The translations under genes and the position numbers were made by a program. Of a DNA stretch of 41,946 nucleotides, positions 8,087 through 15,923 are shown piece by piece (positions within the stretch are counted from its first letter, which is position 1; each line of letters begins with the position of its first letter). Origin of the DNA: a virus (lineage: Duplodnaviria > Caudoviricetes); the IMG/VR virus record IMGVR_UViG_3300012952_003760, positions 1 to 41,946 of that record; one strand, written 5' to 3'. Below the pieces are notes generated by a model. That model was not told the origin of the DNA. It saw nothing but the letters and a program-made list of their open reading frames with translations, and did not search any database.

Positions 8087-8410
8087 ATGATTAGCTTGTG
8101 GTTATTATTAATGGGAACTCTTAGTGCCAACACTGGTACTGTGTCCACCATCGACTCGGAAACTAATGTAGCACAAGTGGTGTTTTATTTAGGAGCAGAA
8201 CCTACAACCATGCATATTCCCACTTTTTTAATTCCGTGTAATATTGAAAGAGGACAGCTGTTGTATGTGAGAAAAACTGAGGATATGACGTTGGTAAGAT
8301 GCAGTGCCTTTCCAGTAATCCCGCCGGCACCTCAACCTACGTTAGAAGTTCGTGTTAATCCGACAACGGGTGAAATGCAATATGTAATTCAAAATATCCC
8401 TTTGGAATAA
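8087..8410 (+). CDS. hypothetical exported protein
   Basis: AAGGA SD; short hydrophobic N-terminus. Confidence 0.7.
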   Translation: MISLWLLLMGTLSANTGTVSTIDSETNVAQVVFYLGAEPTTMHIPTFLIPCNIERGQLLYVRKTEDMTLVRCSAFPVIPPAPQPTLEVRVNPTTGEMQYVIQNIPLE

Positions 8411-8413
8411 ACA

Positions 8414-8743
8414 ATGTGGAAATGGATTAAACATAGATTGGCCCATAAATTTGAGCATTTTTCTGTTGCAAAAATTAAAAACTTTTTAAAAGAAAATGGG
8501 CTAGCGTTTGTTATAATATTTGTTGGCTGGGAAATTGTTGAAGATGTTGTATTTCCGATTATATTTGGAGTTCTTGGAAATTACGTACATCCAGCATTTT
8601 ATGCGGGCATTCCGGCTTCTTTAATATTATGTTTTCATTGGCTAGCTGTTCCTATTCTCTGGGGCGCGTGGCTTAAAATAAAGAAGAAAAATAGTGATGT
8701 GAAGATTGATTGTTGTGTTCACGAAGAAGAACACTACGATTAA
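8414..8743 (+). CDS. hypothetical membrane protein
   Basis: Two to three hydrophobic segments. Confidence 0.75.
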   Translation: MWKWIKHRLAHKFEHFSVAKIKNFLKENGLAFVIIFVGWEIVEDVVFPIIFGVLGNYVHPAFYAGIPASLILCFHWLAVPILWGAWLKIKKKNSDVKIDCCVHEEEHYD

Positions 8744-8756
8744 AAAATAAAAAAGT

Positions 8757-8785
8757 TTGACATTACATAAAAAAATGGTTATATT
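8757..8785 (+). promoter_or_regulatory. sigma70-type (early) promoter
   Basis: TTGACA-17 nt-TATATT, intergenic, A-rich upstream. Confidence 0.75.
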
Positions 8786-8813
8786 GATAAAACAAATTTA
8801 AGGAGAAAATAAA

Positions 8814-9332
8814 ATGATTAAGAAATTACTAGCATGCGTTATTGGATTAGCGCTTACAACTACAGCAGCCGCAGGTGATCATGCTGTTTCCATCAGAGAT
8901 GGTGCAGACTGGACAGCCCGTAAAGGTTTGCGTTTCGGATACAACTATGTACATGGGGGCGATGAAAGTGAAAGACTTAGAAGCCCACATATGTTTGCGA
9001 TTGGGTTTGAAACTCAGCAAACAATGTCTGGCGGTGATTGGTTAGATTTGCTTTTTATTGAAAATCTTACTATCAGCGGCTTAGAACAAAGTGTTATTAT
9101 TCCTTCCGCAAATGCATTGGTTGGATTTGAAATTAATAATGCTCTTCAGCTGGCTGTAGGAGCCAACGTAACTATCTATGATCCGGCAGGTGATAACAAT
9201 TATATTCATCTTGTCTCGGCCATCGGCTGGACACAAGCCGCAGGACATTTTAGCGTTCCAGTACATTTGGTATATATCCCAGACATTAATGGATATTATA
9301 GAATTGCTGCAACAACAGGAGTAAATTGGTAA
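8814..9332 (+). CDS. secreted, probable outer-membrane beta-barrel protein
   Basis: Signal peptide ending TTTAAA, alternating hydrophobic beta strands, terminal aromatic residue (TTGVNW), AGGAG SD. Confidence 0.7.
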   Translation: MIKKLLACVIGLALTTTAAAGDHAVSIRDGADWTARKGLRFGYNYVHGGDESERLRSPHMFAIGFETQQTMSGGDWLDLLFIENLTISGLEQSVIIPSANALVGFEINNALQLAVGANVTIYDPAGDNNYIHLVSAIGWTQAAGHFSVPVHLVYIPDINGYYRIAATTGVNW

Positions 9333-9487
9333 TGAGAGAATTTTTAAGTTCACCTTATGTAAGTCTTGCGTGTGCTGGTCTTAACGGAGTATTTGCTTTA
9401 ACGGCACTATCCAACGGAAGTTGGTTTATGTTTGCAGTCTGCGCAGGGTTTTCTGGACTCTGCTTCAGAAACTATTTGAGAGATTAA
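9332..9487 (+). CDS. small membrane protein (51 aa, not in ORF track)
   Basis: MREFLSSPYVSLACAGLNGVFALTALSNGSWFMFAVCAGFSGLCFRNYLRD; TAATG coupling. Confidence 0.6.
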   Translation: MREFLSSPYVSLACAGLNGVFALTALSNGSWFMFAVCAGFSGLCFRNYLRD

Positions 9488-9488
9488 G

Positions 9489-9689
9489 ATGAATAAATAT
9501 TTACAAAACATTAAAAATAGAATATACTTTTCTAAAGAGAAAACGTACGAGATTGAAGAAGATATAGACTGCGAAGTAACAGATGAAATTGAAAAAGCTC
9601 TGTGGGAAATGAAGGAAGAGATGGATCTTCCAACAGAAGAAGTAGAAAAAGCAGTCACAAGTCGACAAAAAAATAAAGGAAAAAAATAA
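9489..9689 (+). CDS. hypothetical protein
   Basis: 66 aa, TAATG-coupled to the FKBP gene. Confidence 0.6.
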   Translation: MNKYLQNIKNRIYFSKEKTYEIEEDIDCEVTDEIEKALWEMKEEMDLPTEEVEKAVTSRQKNKGKK

Positions 9690-10123
9690 TGAGAACAGTC
9701 GAAGTTGGAAACAACGTAAAAATCCACTATGTTGGTACCTTGACCGATGGTACTGAATTTGATAGTTCGCGCATGCGCGGAACTCCCATCGCTTTTGTGG
9801 CGGGAGAAAGTCGGTTACTTCCTGCATTTGAGAATCAGGTTGTAGGTATGCAAGAAGGAGAAACAAAGTCGTTTACGCTTACTACTGAAGAAGCTTATGG
9901 TCCTCATAACCCAAAAGCCATCAATGTAGTACCAAGAACGCAATTTCCCCCTGATTATTCGTTTGAAGTAGGGGGAGAGGTGCAAGGTACATCGCCTGTA
10001 GGTACTCCAATTTTTGCAAAGATTGAATCATTTACTGATGAAGATGTTACGTTAGATATGAATCATCCTCTTGCTGGTGAAGACCTAACGTTTGAAGTTG
10101 AGATTGTTGAAATCGCCGAATAA
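9689..10123 (+). CDS. FKBP-type peptidyl-prolyl cis-trans isomerase (SlyD/FkpB-like, no His-rich tail)
   Basis: HYVGTLTDGTEFDSS, EEAYG, LDMNHPLAGEDLTFEVEI. Confidence 0.93.
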   Translation: MRTVEVGNNVKIHYVGTLTDGTEFDSSRMRGTPIAFVAGESRLLPAFENQVVGMQEGETKSFTLTTEEAYGPHNPKAINVVPRTQFPPDYSFEVGGEVQGTSPVGTPIFAKIESFTDEDVTLDMNHPLAGEDLTFEVEIVEIAE

Positions 10124-10192
10124 AAAATAAATAAATTTATATTTCTCCTCATTAAAAAACATGTTATAGTTATTAATGAGGAGTTTTTGTAT

Positions 10193-10672
10193 ATGAAGGT
10201 TAAGGTGGCCTTTTATAAGGCTAAGGGAAATTGGCAAAATCGCATTGTCCGTTGGTGGACAGGAAGTCCATATAGCCATGCGGAGTTAGTGATGCCTGAC
10301 AATTATACTTGGATCAGCATTAGCCCCTTCTTAACTGGAGAAGTTGCTAAAAGAACAAAAACTGATTTTGATTTAGATAAATGGGATTTTGTATCTTTAG
10401 AAGTTGATGAAACTCAAAAAGAAATTATTTTAGATTTTTTTGAAGAGACCAAAGAATGTAAATATGATTGGATCGGAATGATCTTATCGCAATTTTTACC
10501 TTTTAATATTAAACGAAAAAAGAAGTGGTATTGTAGTGAATGGATCGCATATGCACTGAGAATTTCTGGGGTTATTGATTGGAAGGTGATCAAATTATAT
10601 GATCAAACCGACTTGTCCCCTGGCAGGCTCCATTCTATTATAATGAAGCAAAAAAAGACTGAATCCGATTAG
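10193..10672 (+). CDS. permuted papain-like (NlpC/P60, YiiX/YebB-type) amidase/peptidase
   Basis: YSHAELV (His first), KYDWIG, WYCSEW (Cys late), LSPGRL. GAGGAG SD. Confidence 0.8.
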   Translation: MKVKVAFYKAKGNWQNRIVRWWTGSPYSHAELVMPDNYTWISISPFLTGEVAKRTKTDFDLDKWDFVSLEVDETQKEIILDFFEETKECKYDWIGMILSQFLPFNIKRKKKWYCSEWIAYALRISGVIDWKVIKLYDQTDLSPGRLHSIIMKQKKTESD

Positions 10673-10692
10673 TACACTACGTACTAATAGGG

Positions 10693-11694
10693 ATGGCAAA
10701 AAAATATTTAAAACTTCTACTTGCGTTTGCAGTAGCCGTTTTTACCGGCTGCTCGCCAGATTACGGTATTATTACTGGCGGCTCAACTGAAGTTATTTAT
10801 GAAGAAGTAGAGGTTCCGGTTTATGTTTATGAAGAAGTACCAGCCGATCCAGGCGAAATTTGGATAGATTCCTTTATCCAGCCTCAAAGTGTCGACGGTG
10901 TAGACATTATATGGGTAATTGATACTTCCGGATCGATGAATATATATGATGAAGAACTTCTTGCTGGAATTGAAGCCATGATGTTGGCACTTCCTTCGTC
11001 GGGCTGGCGATTAGCAATGATGTCTAACGATCCGGGAGAAGCGTCGATAGAGGCTCAATTTCCATTAGTTCCTGGCGATTCACTTCAAGATGCCATTGAT
11101 ATGTATACTGCGATGGGACGAGGGCATCGCGAAGAAGGTTTTGACGCTGCCTATGAATATCTTGTTAATAACAGTTATGCACAAACATGGCTCCGACAAG
11201 ATGCTGCGTTATTAGTCGTATTTGTTTCCGATGAAGAAGATCAAAGTGATGATCATTTTCCTTTAGTGAGTCAATTTACTTCATGGTTCAGTTCACAACG
11301 AAATGGGTCAGCTTATGTGGCTAGCATAGTCAATGTAGAACAGGCTGATTCAGTGTGTGAGAGGACACCTAGTGTTTATAATATCGGTTACAGGTATATG
11401 GAAGCCACTAACTATTTTGGAGGCACTGTGGTCGATATATGCTCGGGAGATTGGTCACCGGGAGTTACCGATGCCTCCACGCGTATAGAACCATCGGAGT
11501 CGTGGCCCTTAACTCATGAACCCATTGAAGAATCAATTCGTGTGTTCATTAACGGAGCTTTAAATTACGATTGGTACTATTCAGCCACAGATAATACTAT
11601 TTACTTCACAGTCATACCGGGCGGAAACGACTTAGTGGAAATAGGTTATCGCTATTTTCCTGAACCTGCAGATACCGGAGATACTGGCGCATAG
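10693..11694 (+). CDS. vWA-domain lipoprotein
   Basis: Lipobox FTGC, MIDAS-like DIIWVIDTSGSM, LLVVFVSDEEDQS, DTGDTG tail. Confidence 0.85.
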   Translation: MAKKYLKLLLAFAVAVFTGCSPDYGIITGGSTEVIYEEVEVPVYVYEEVPADPGEIWIDSFIQPQSVDGVDIIWVIDTSGSMNIYDEELLAGIEAMMLALPSSGWRLAMMSNDPGEASIEAQFPLVPGDSLQDAIDMYTAMGRGHREEGFDAAYEYLVNNSYAQTWLRQDAALLVVFVSDEEDQSDDHFPLVSQFTSWFSSQRNGSAYVASIVNVEQADSVCERTPSVYNIGYRYMEATNYFGGTVVDICSGDWSPGVTDASTRIEPSESWPLTHEPIEESIRVFINGALNYDWYYSATDNTIYFTVIPGGNDLVEIGYRYFPEPADTGDTGA

Positions 11695-11710
11695 GTTGAG
11701 GAGATGCGGC

Positions 11711-11863
11711 ATGGAATGGTTAATAACATATATTTTAATAAATTGCTTGACATTGGGTTATTTTGGTGTTAAATATAGAGAGTATAGGCGTAAAGAAAAA
11801 CTTCGCGCTCAAGAATTAAATGTTAAATTATATTCTTGTTATTTGAGAGCAAAATCTGAATGA
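11711..11863 (+). CDS. small single-pass membrane protein (50 aa, not in ORF track)
   Basis: GAGGAG SD at 11698-11703; MEWLITYILINCLTLGYFGVKYREYRRKEK...; its stop overlaps the PMM start (ATGA). Confidence 0.65.
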   Translation: MEWLITYILINCLTLGYFGVKYREYRRKEKLRAQELNVKLYSCYLRAKSE

Positions 11864-12657
11864 ATCCTAATAATTTGGTTCTATTTGATATTGATGGAAC
11901 ACTGACCGAAGCACGAAAATCGGTAACTAAAAACGTTTTAATCGCATTGCGCGAGTTAGCACGACACGCAGAAATTGGTTTTGTTACAGGTTCTAGTTTG
12001 GAATATGTCAAAGAACAATTGTGGCCATTGCTGGCTGATCCGCTTATACGTCAAAACTGTCATATATTACCATGTAATGGAACTCAATATATTATTCCAT
12101 ACGGAGATGAAGAGGTGTTTTTTGACACCCTTTCAGCAGCTTTTATGGAAGAACAGATCGGACATCAACAATTTAATAAATTAATGCAATATTTGTGTAT
12201 ACTTCAAGGTGAGCTAGTACAAGAAGTTAAAGATGTGCCCTTGACAGGAAATTTTATTCAAAATCGCGATTCAATGATTAATTGGTGTCCCATTGGTCGC
12301 AATGCAGTCCAGCGAGAACGTAACACTTTTAAATCGTTAGATTCTCTATACAGTATTAGACAACGATATATAAAAAAAATAAAAAAATTTGCACTTGAAC
12401 AAGATATTGGTGTTACAATTAAATTAGGAGGTAACACTTCATTTGATATTTTTCCTACTGGCTGGGATAAAACTTACGTATTTAATCATTTTGATAAAAA
12501 CGAATGGATTTTCTGGTTTGTAGGAGATCGATGTTCAATAGATGGCAATGATTTTGAAATATTTTCTGCACTCAAATCCTCGGGGCGAGCGTTTGAAACA
12601 AGCGGCCCCGAAGAGACTGTAGAAATTATAGATTATTATATTATGCCTGACTTATAA
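11860..12657 (+). CDS. eukaryote-type phosphomannomutase (HAD class IIB)
   Basis: LFDIDGTLT, RDSMINWCPIGRN, GGNTSFDIFPTGWDKTY and FVGDR...GNDFEI match PMM/Sec53 motifs. Confidence 0.9.
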   Translation: MNPNNLVLFDIDGTLTEARKSVTKNVLIALRELARHAEIGFVTGSSLEYVKEQLWPLLADPLIRQNCHILPCNGTQYIIPYGDEEVFFDTLSAAFMEEQIGHQQFNKLMQYLCILQGELVQEVKDVPLTGNFIQNRDSMINWCPIGRNAVQRERNTFKSLDSLYSIRQRYIKKIKKFALEQDIGVTIKLGGNTSFDIFPTGWDKTYVFNHFDKNEWIFWFVGDRCSIDGNDFEIFSALKSSGRAFETSGPEETVEIIDYYIMPDL

Positions 12658-12666
12658 GGAAAGAAA

Positions 12667-12882
12667 ATGGATCCAAATAAAACAAACAACAAATCATGGA
12701 AAAAGGAAGGGATTTACCCTACTTTTGAGGAAGCTGATAGTATGCGTTATGCGCTTTTATCTACCAATACTGATGGAAAGCTTCTAGTAAAAATTCGTCG
12801 CTGCGGTCTTCGCGGTCACCAATTCAAAGTAGTGAGTCATTATCCTTCTCCGGTTAAAAATAAAGGAAAGAAAAATGGGTGA
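12667..12882 (+). CDS. hypothetical protein
   Basis: AAGGA SD, 71 aa, overlaps the next gene. Confidence 0.7.
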   Translation: MDPNKTNNKSWKKEGIYPTFEEADSMRYALLSTNTDGKLLVKIRRCGLRGHQFKVVSHYPSPVKNKGKKNG

Positions 12883-13384
12883 TGGAAGAAGTGACGGAAT
12901 GCCCTATGTCCCGACGCGTCCAAAAACTGTAATGGTGTCGGGCGGATTTGATCCAGTACATGCGGGTCATATTCGTCTTATTAGGGCGGCCGCAGCACAT
13001 GGAGATGTGATAGTTATCGCAAATTCGGACGAATGGTTGTTTCGTAAGAAAGGGTTTGTGTTTATGAGCTTTCAACAAAGATGTGAAATATTAAACGCAA
13101 TTAAAGGCGTTGTTTTAGTAGATTCGGTAAATGATGATGACGACACTGTTTGTGATGCAATCAAACGTCATAAACCGGATTACTTTGCAAATGGAGGAGA
13201 TCGCGGACGGTCGAATACTCCAGAACAATCTTTATGTGAACAATTAGGTGTAGAATTGTTATGGGGAGTGGGCGGAGACAAAAAGCTTGCAAGTTCTTCG
13301 GATTTGGTAGAAAAAGTACGAGACTTTTCACCCACCCCAGGGTCGCCACCTAAGCGCGCCAGTTCGAAAGTTTCTCAGAAGTAA
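12875..13384 (+). CDS. cytidylyl/adenylyltransferase family protein (TagD/RfaE-II-like)
   Basis: VSGGFDPVHAGH, NSDEWL.RKKG, FANGGDR, SSS. Confidence 0.9.
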   Translation: MGDGRSDGMPYVPTRPKTVMVSGGFDPVHAGHIRLIRAAAAHGDVIVIANSDEWLFRKKGFVFMSFQQRCEILNAIKGVVLVDSVNDDDDTVCDAIKRHKPDYFANGGDRGRSNTPEQSLCEQLGVELLWGVGGDKKLASSSDLVEKVRDFSPTPGSPPKRASSKVSQK

Positions 13385-13404
13385 TAAATTGTATTCTTAA
13401 GCTG

Positions 13405-13411
13405 CTATCTA
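13405..13411 (+). promoter_or_regulatory. CTATCTA, putative late-promoter motif
   Basis: Intergenic, 7 nt before ATG 13419, which has no SD. Confidence 0.4.
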
Positions 13412-13418
13412 CTATAAG

Positions 13419-13940
13419 ATGGCTGAAAGTTTAAAAATGAAAGCGTTAAAATTAGATGCATCTTTTCGTCCTATCGAAATTATTGATGCCATAGAAGCAT
13501 TAGTTATGTGTTTTATCGGAAAGGCAACGGCGGTTGAAACGTATACTCGTGAGATTCGTTCAGCCACACAGGTATTTCAATTGCCCGCAGTTATTGTTCT
13601 TAATAAAATAATTAAATTTCGACGTCATGGGATTCAGCCTACTCGCCATAATCTGCTATGGAGAGATGGTCATCGATGTCAATATTGTGCAAAAAAGTTC
13701 CCCGATCAGCAATTAACTCTTGACCATGTTATACCTAAAAGCAGAGGCGGTCAAAATTCATGGGAAAATTTAGTTGTAGCATGCAAAAAATGCAATCAAA
13801 AGAAAGGCTCCCGGCTTCCGTCAGAATCGGGAATGCAACTTTTAAAACCACCACGACGCCCAAAAGAAAGTGTTTTGAGGAGCGTCAAAAAAAATCAAAT
13901 TTCAAATTTATGGAACAATTACCTGTGGGAAAAAATATGA
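13419..13940 (+). CDS. HNH endonuclease (McrA-like)
   Basis: RDGHRCQYC, LTLDHVIPKSRGG, WENLVVACKKCNQKKG. Confidence 0.93.
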   Translation: MAESLKMKALKLDASFRPIEIIDAIEALVMCFIGKATAVETYTREIRSATQVFQLPAVIVLNKIIKFRRHGIQPTRHNLLWRDGHRCQYCAKKFPDQQLTLDHVIPKSRGGQNSWENLVVACKKCNQKKGSRLPSESGMQLLKPPRRPKESVLRSVKKNQISNLWNNYLWEKI

Positions 13941-14188
13941 GAATAGCTAAGAATACAATTTGTTATATATCCGAAAGAGGACATAATAATTTCTTTTATC
14001 CGAGCGATAGTAAGGTACTTGTAAAAGAATCTTGCGAAGCACAAGAATTAAGCTTCGTATCAGGAAGTTCTAAAAAGGCCATAAAGATTTTAAAAAAGAA
14101 CCTCATACCACTAAATGAAATCAGTGAGACGCTGCTAGCACTTCATAGAGGAAATGATATCTATATTGTTGTTTGGATTGAAAAATAA
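13937..14188 (+). CDS. hypothetical protein
   Basis: ATGA overlap with the HNH stop gives start 13937 rather than 13760. Confidence 0.65.
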   Translation: MRIAKNTICYISERGHNNFFYPSDSKVLVKESCEAQELSFVSGSSKKAIKILKKNLIPLNEISETLLALHRGNDIYIVVWIEK

Positions 14189-14196
14189 AATAATAC

Positions 14197-14225
14197 TTGA
14201 CATTTAATTAACAATACGTTATATT
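14197..14225 (+). promoter_or_regulatory. sigma70-type (early) promoter
   Basis: TTGACA-17 nt-TATATT, intergenic. Confidence 0.75.
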
Positions 14226-14251
14226 ACAAAAAGTCATTAAAAGGAGAAATA

Positions 14252-14425
14252 ATGCCTACAAAAACAGATGAGAAGATCACACAACTTACTCAAACCGTTA
14301 ATAAGCTTAAAGTGAGATTAACACAGCTAGTCGATGAGTTGGCCACTACTCGGAATGAACTTAATAAGTTTAAGAATGATGTAGCATCGGATGTAAAGTA
14401 TTTGACTAATCGCGTCGATGGCTAA
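14252..14425 (+). CDS. small coiled-coil protein (57 aa, not in ORF track)
   Basis: AAGGAG SD; MPTKTDEKITQLTQTVNKLKVRLTQLVDELATTRNELNKF...; first gene after the promoter. Confidence 0.75.
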   Translation: MPTKTDEKITQLTQTVNKLKVRLTQLVDELATTRNELNKFKNDVASDVKYLTNRVDG

Positions 14426-14621
14426 CCCTAAAAGCTTTTCTAAATTTGCTTTAATTTGGTATAGTCAACAATTTGCAATTCCTTTTTGGATTATTGGTCA
14501 TGTACACTTGCATCTTAACGACTATCATGATATAATAGAATTATCAAGCTCGGCCATAATGCATTTTATGGTCGCTCTTGGTTTTTGGCTTGATTGGCAA
14601 GATTATAAAGAGGAGAAATAA
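14418..14621 (+). CDS. small membrane protein
   Basis: Two hydrophobic, His/Trp-rich segments; overlaps both neighbours. Confidence 0.65.
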   Translation: MANPKSFSKFALIWYSQQFAIPFWIIGHVHLHLNDYHDIIELSSSAIMHFMVALGFWLDWQDYKEEK

Positions 14622-14824
14622 TGTATAGAACAATCATCGCGTTGGCTATTTTGGTAGGTTGTACCGAAACAGAAACGACAACCACCGCAGCAGAAGGCGA
14701 AACAACTACTGAGACTACTGGTGATGTGACGGTAAATACTGATAATACCGAAAACACTACCAATACGGAAACTTCTGTAAAAACCACTGAGAATAGTAGT
14801 GGAACCGCTGTATCGTCGGATTAA
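14621..14824 (+). CDS. small Thr-rich lipoprotein
   Basis: GAGGAG SD, lipobox LVGC, T/E/N low-complexity body. Confidence 0.75.
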   Translation: MYRTIIALAILVGCTETETTTTAAEGETTTETTGDVTVNTDNTENTTNTETSVKTTENSSGTAVSSD

Positions 14825-14866
14825 TAACGGTACGTGGCCGCCGAACGTCACGTAGGCGGGGGTTTG

Positions 14867-14902
14867 CCGGTTTTCCTTGGACGCAGAAAAACCGGATTTT
14901 TT
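14867..14902 (+). terminator. intrinsic terminator-like hairpin
   Basis: CCGGTTTT (14867-14874) pairs with AAAACCGG (14888-14895), followed by ATTTTTT. Confidence 0.5.
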
Positions 14903-14915
14903 ACCTATCTATTAT

Positions 14916-15086
14916 ATGGATATGGGTGATTTGATACTACAAGCTTTGCTGTCGATGTTGTTGGGTGCTTTAGTATATTTATGGTTTTTAAAAGTGTTTA
15001 TTGTTCCTGTAGGTTCGAATGTATTTGACATTAGAATTAATAGTGATTATAATATAGATGAAGCAAGTCCTTCTAAAGTAGAATAA
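14916..15086 (+). CDS. small membrane protein
   Basis: ATG 14916 lies just after CTATCTA (14905-14911). One TM helix. The 3' part overlaps a consensus promoter. Confidence 0.45.
   Translation: MDMGDLILQALLSMLLGALVYLWFLKVFIVPVGSNVFDIRINSDYNIDEASPSKVE
15025..15053 (+). promoter_or_regulatory. sigma70-type (early) promoter
   Basis: Perfect TTGACA-17 nt-TATAAT with an extended TG. Confidence 0.75.
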
Positions 15087-15884
15087 ATGTATTTTTTTCA
15101 ACAATATGGGGCCCGTCGAACTGGCACAAACTATCTTCAACTTTTGCTAGAAGAAAATTTTACAAATGTAGCAGTATTAGATCACACTTTAGCCTGGAAG
15201 CATGGCTTTCCTAATTCTCCGTATGAATATAAACGCAATGTGATGCCTCTGTGGCCTGATGAGTCGGCTATCCGGCATAGTGTATATAAAAGATGTTGTG
15301 CGGGTAGAGAAGATTTATTTGCAGCATTAAAGACTGCGGTAATTAATGAGCAAATTCGTCATTTGGTGCATATTAAAAATCCTTATGCGTGGATTGATAG
15401 TATGTGGCGCTGGTCCATAACTAGTTCAGAGAAACCAGAGGCTGAACAACATTACATATATTTTGATTTTGATAAACAACCTAATTTGTCCGCTTGTGAA
15501 GAAGAAGTAATAGCTTCAATTGAATCATATAATGTTAGATATCAAGTTTGGCTTAGTGATATTCCTTATAAAAGAGAGACGTATCTGGTGAGATATGAAG
15601 ATGTAGTTAATAATTCGGTGAGCTTTTTAGACAAATTTTATGCTCAATTTAATTATTTACTCAAAAGAGATCCTGATAGTGATAAATGGATAGATTTTAA
15701 TAATGGGGTTGATCCATCTCCTCTCAAGACGAAAGAATATAATACCTCTCATTCTTATCGGGATTATTATCTACAACAACATTACTTGCGAAATTTGCCT
15801 CCCAATATTATTAAAATAATCACTGAAAATGTAAATTGGGAATTTTTTCAAAAGTTAGGTTATTTCCCCATCCAAGCGACATAA
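15087..15884 (+). CDS. sulfotransferase-like (P-loop) protein
   Basis: YGARRTGTNYL (5'-PSB-like), WKHG, KNPYAWIDS (3'-PB-like), RYED. Confidence 0.7.
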   Translation: MYFFQQYGARRTGTNYLQLLLEENFTNVAVLDHTLAWKHGFPNSPYEYKRNVMPLWPDESAIRHSVYKRCCAGREDLFAALKTAVINEQIRHLVHIKNPYAWIDSMWRWSITSSEKPEAEQHYIYFDFDKQPNLSACEEEVIASIESYNVRYQVWLSDIPYKRETYLVRYEDVVNNSVSFLDKFYAQFNYLLKRDPDSDKWIDFNNGVDPSPLKTKEYNTSHSYRDYYLQQHYLRNLPPNIIKIITENVNWEFFQKLGYFPIQAT

Positions 15885-15897
15885 ACCATCGAAGAGG

Positions 15898-15904
15898 CTA
15901 ATTA
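15898..15904 (+). promoter_or_regulatory. CTAATTA, putative late-promoter motif
   Basis: Intergenic, 19 nt before the PhoH ATG, which has no clear SD. Confidence 0.4.
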
Positions 15905-15923
15905 AAGTAAAACCTGAAAACTC

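Noticed and set aside
11747-11775. TTGACA as a sigma70 promoter
   Set aside because: The -10 at 17-nt spacing is poor (TAAATA), and the site lies inside a credible small gene (11711-11863).
13419-13940. HNH gene as an intron-encoded homing endonuclease
   Set aside because: The flanking genes are complete and unrelated, and no split gene or group I intron core was seen.
14831-14895. c-di-GMP-I riboswitch or HDV-like/pistol ribozyme
   Set aside because: Only fragments resemble these families (GGCAAACC on the minus strand, TCACGT, GGACGCA), and I could not build the required helices. Kept as an unknown structured element.
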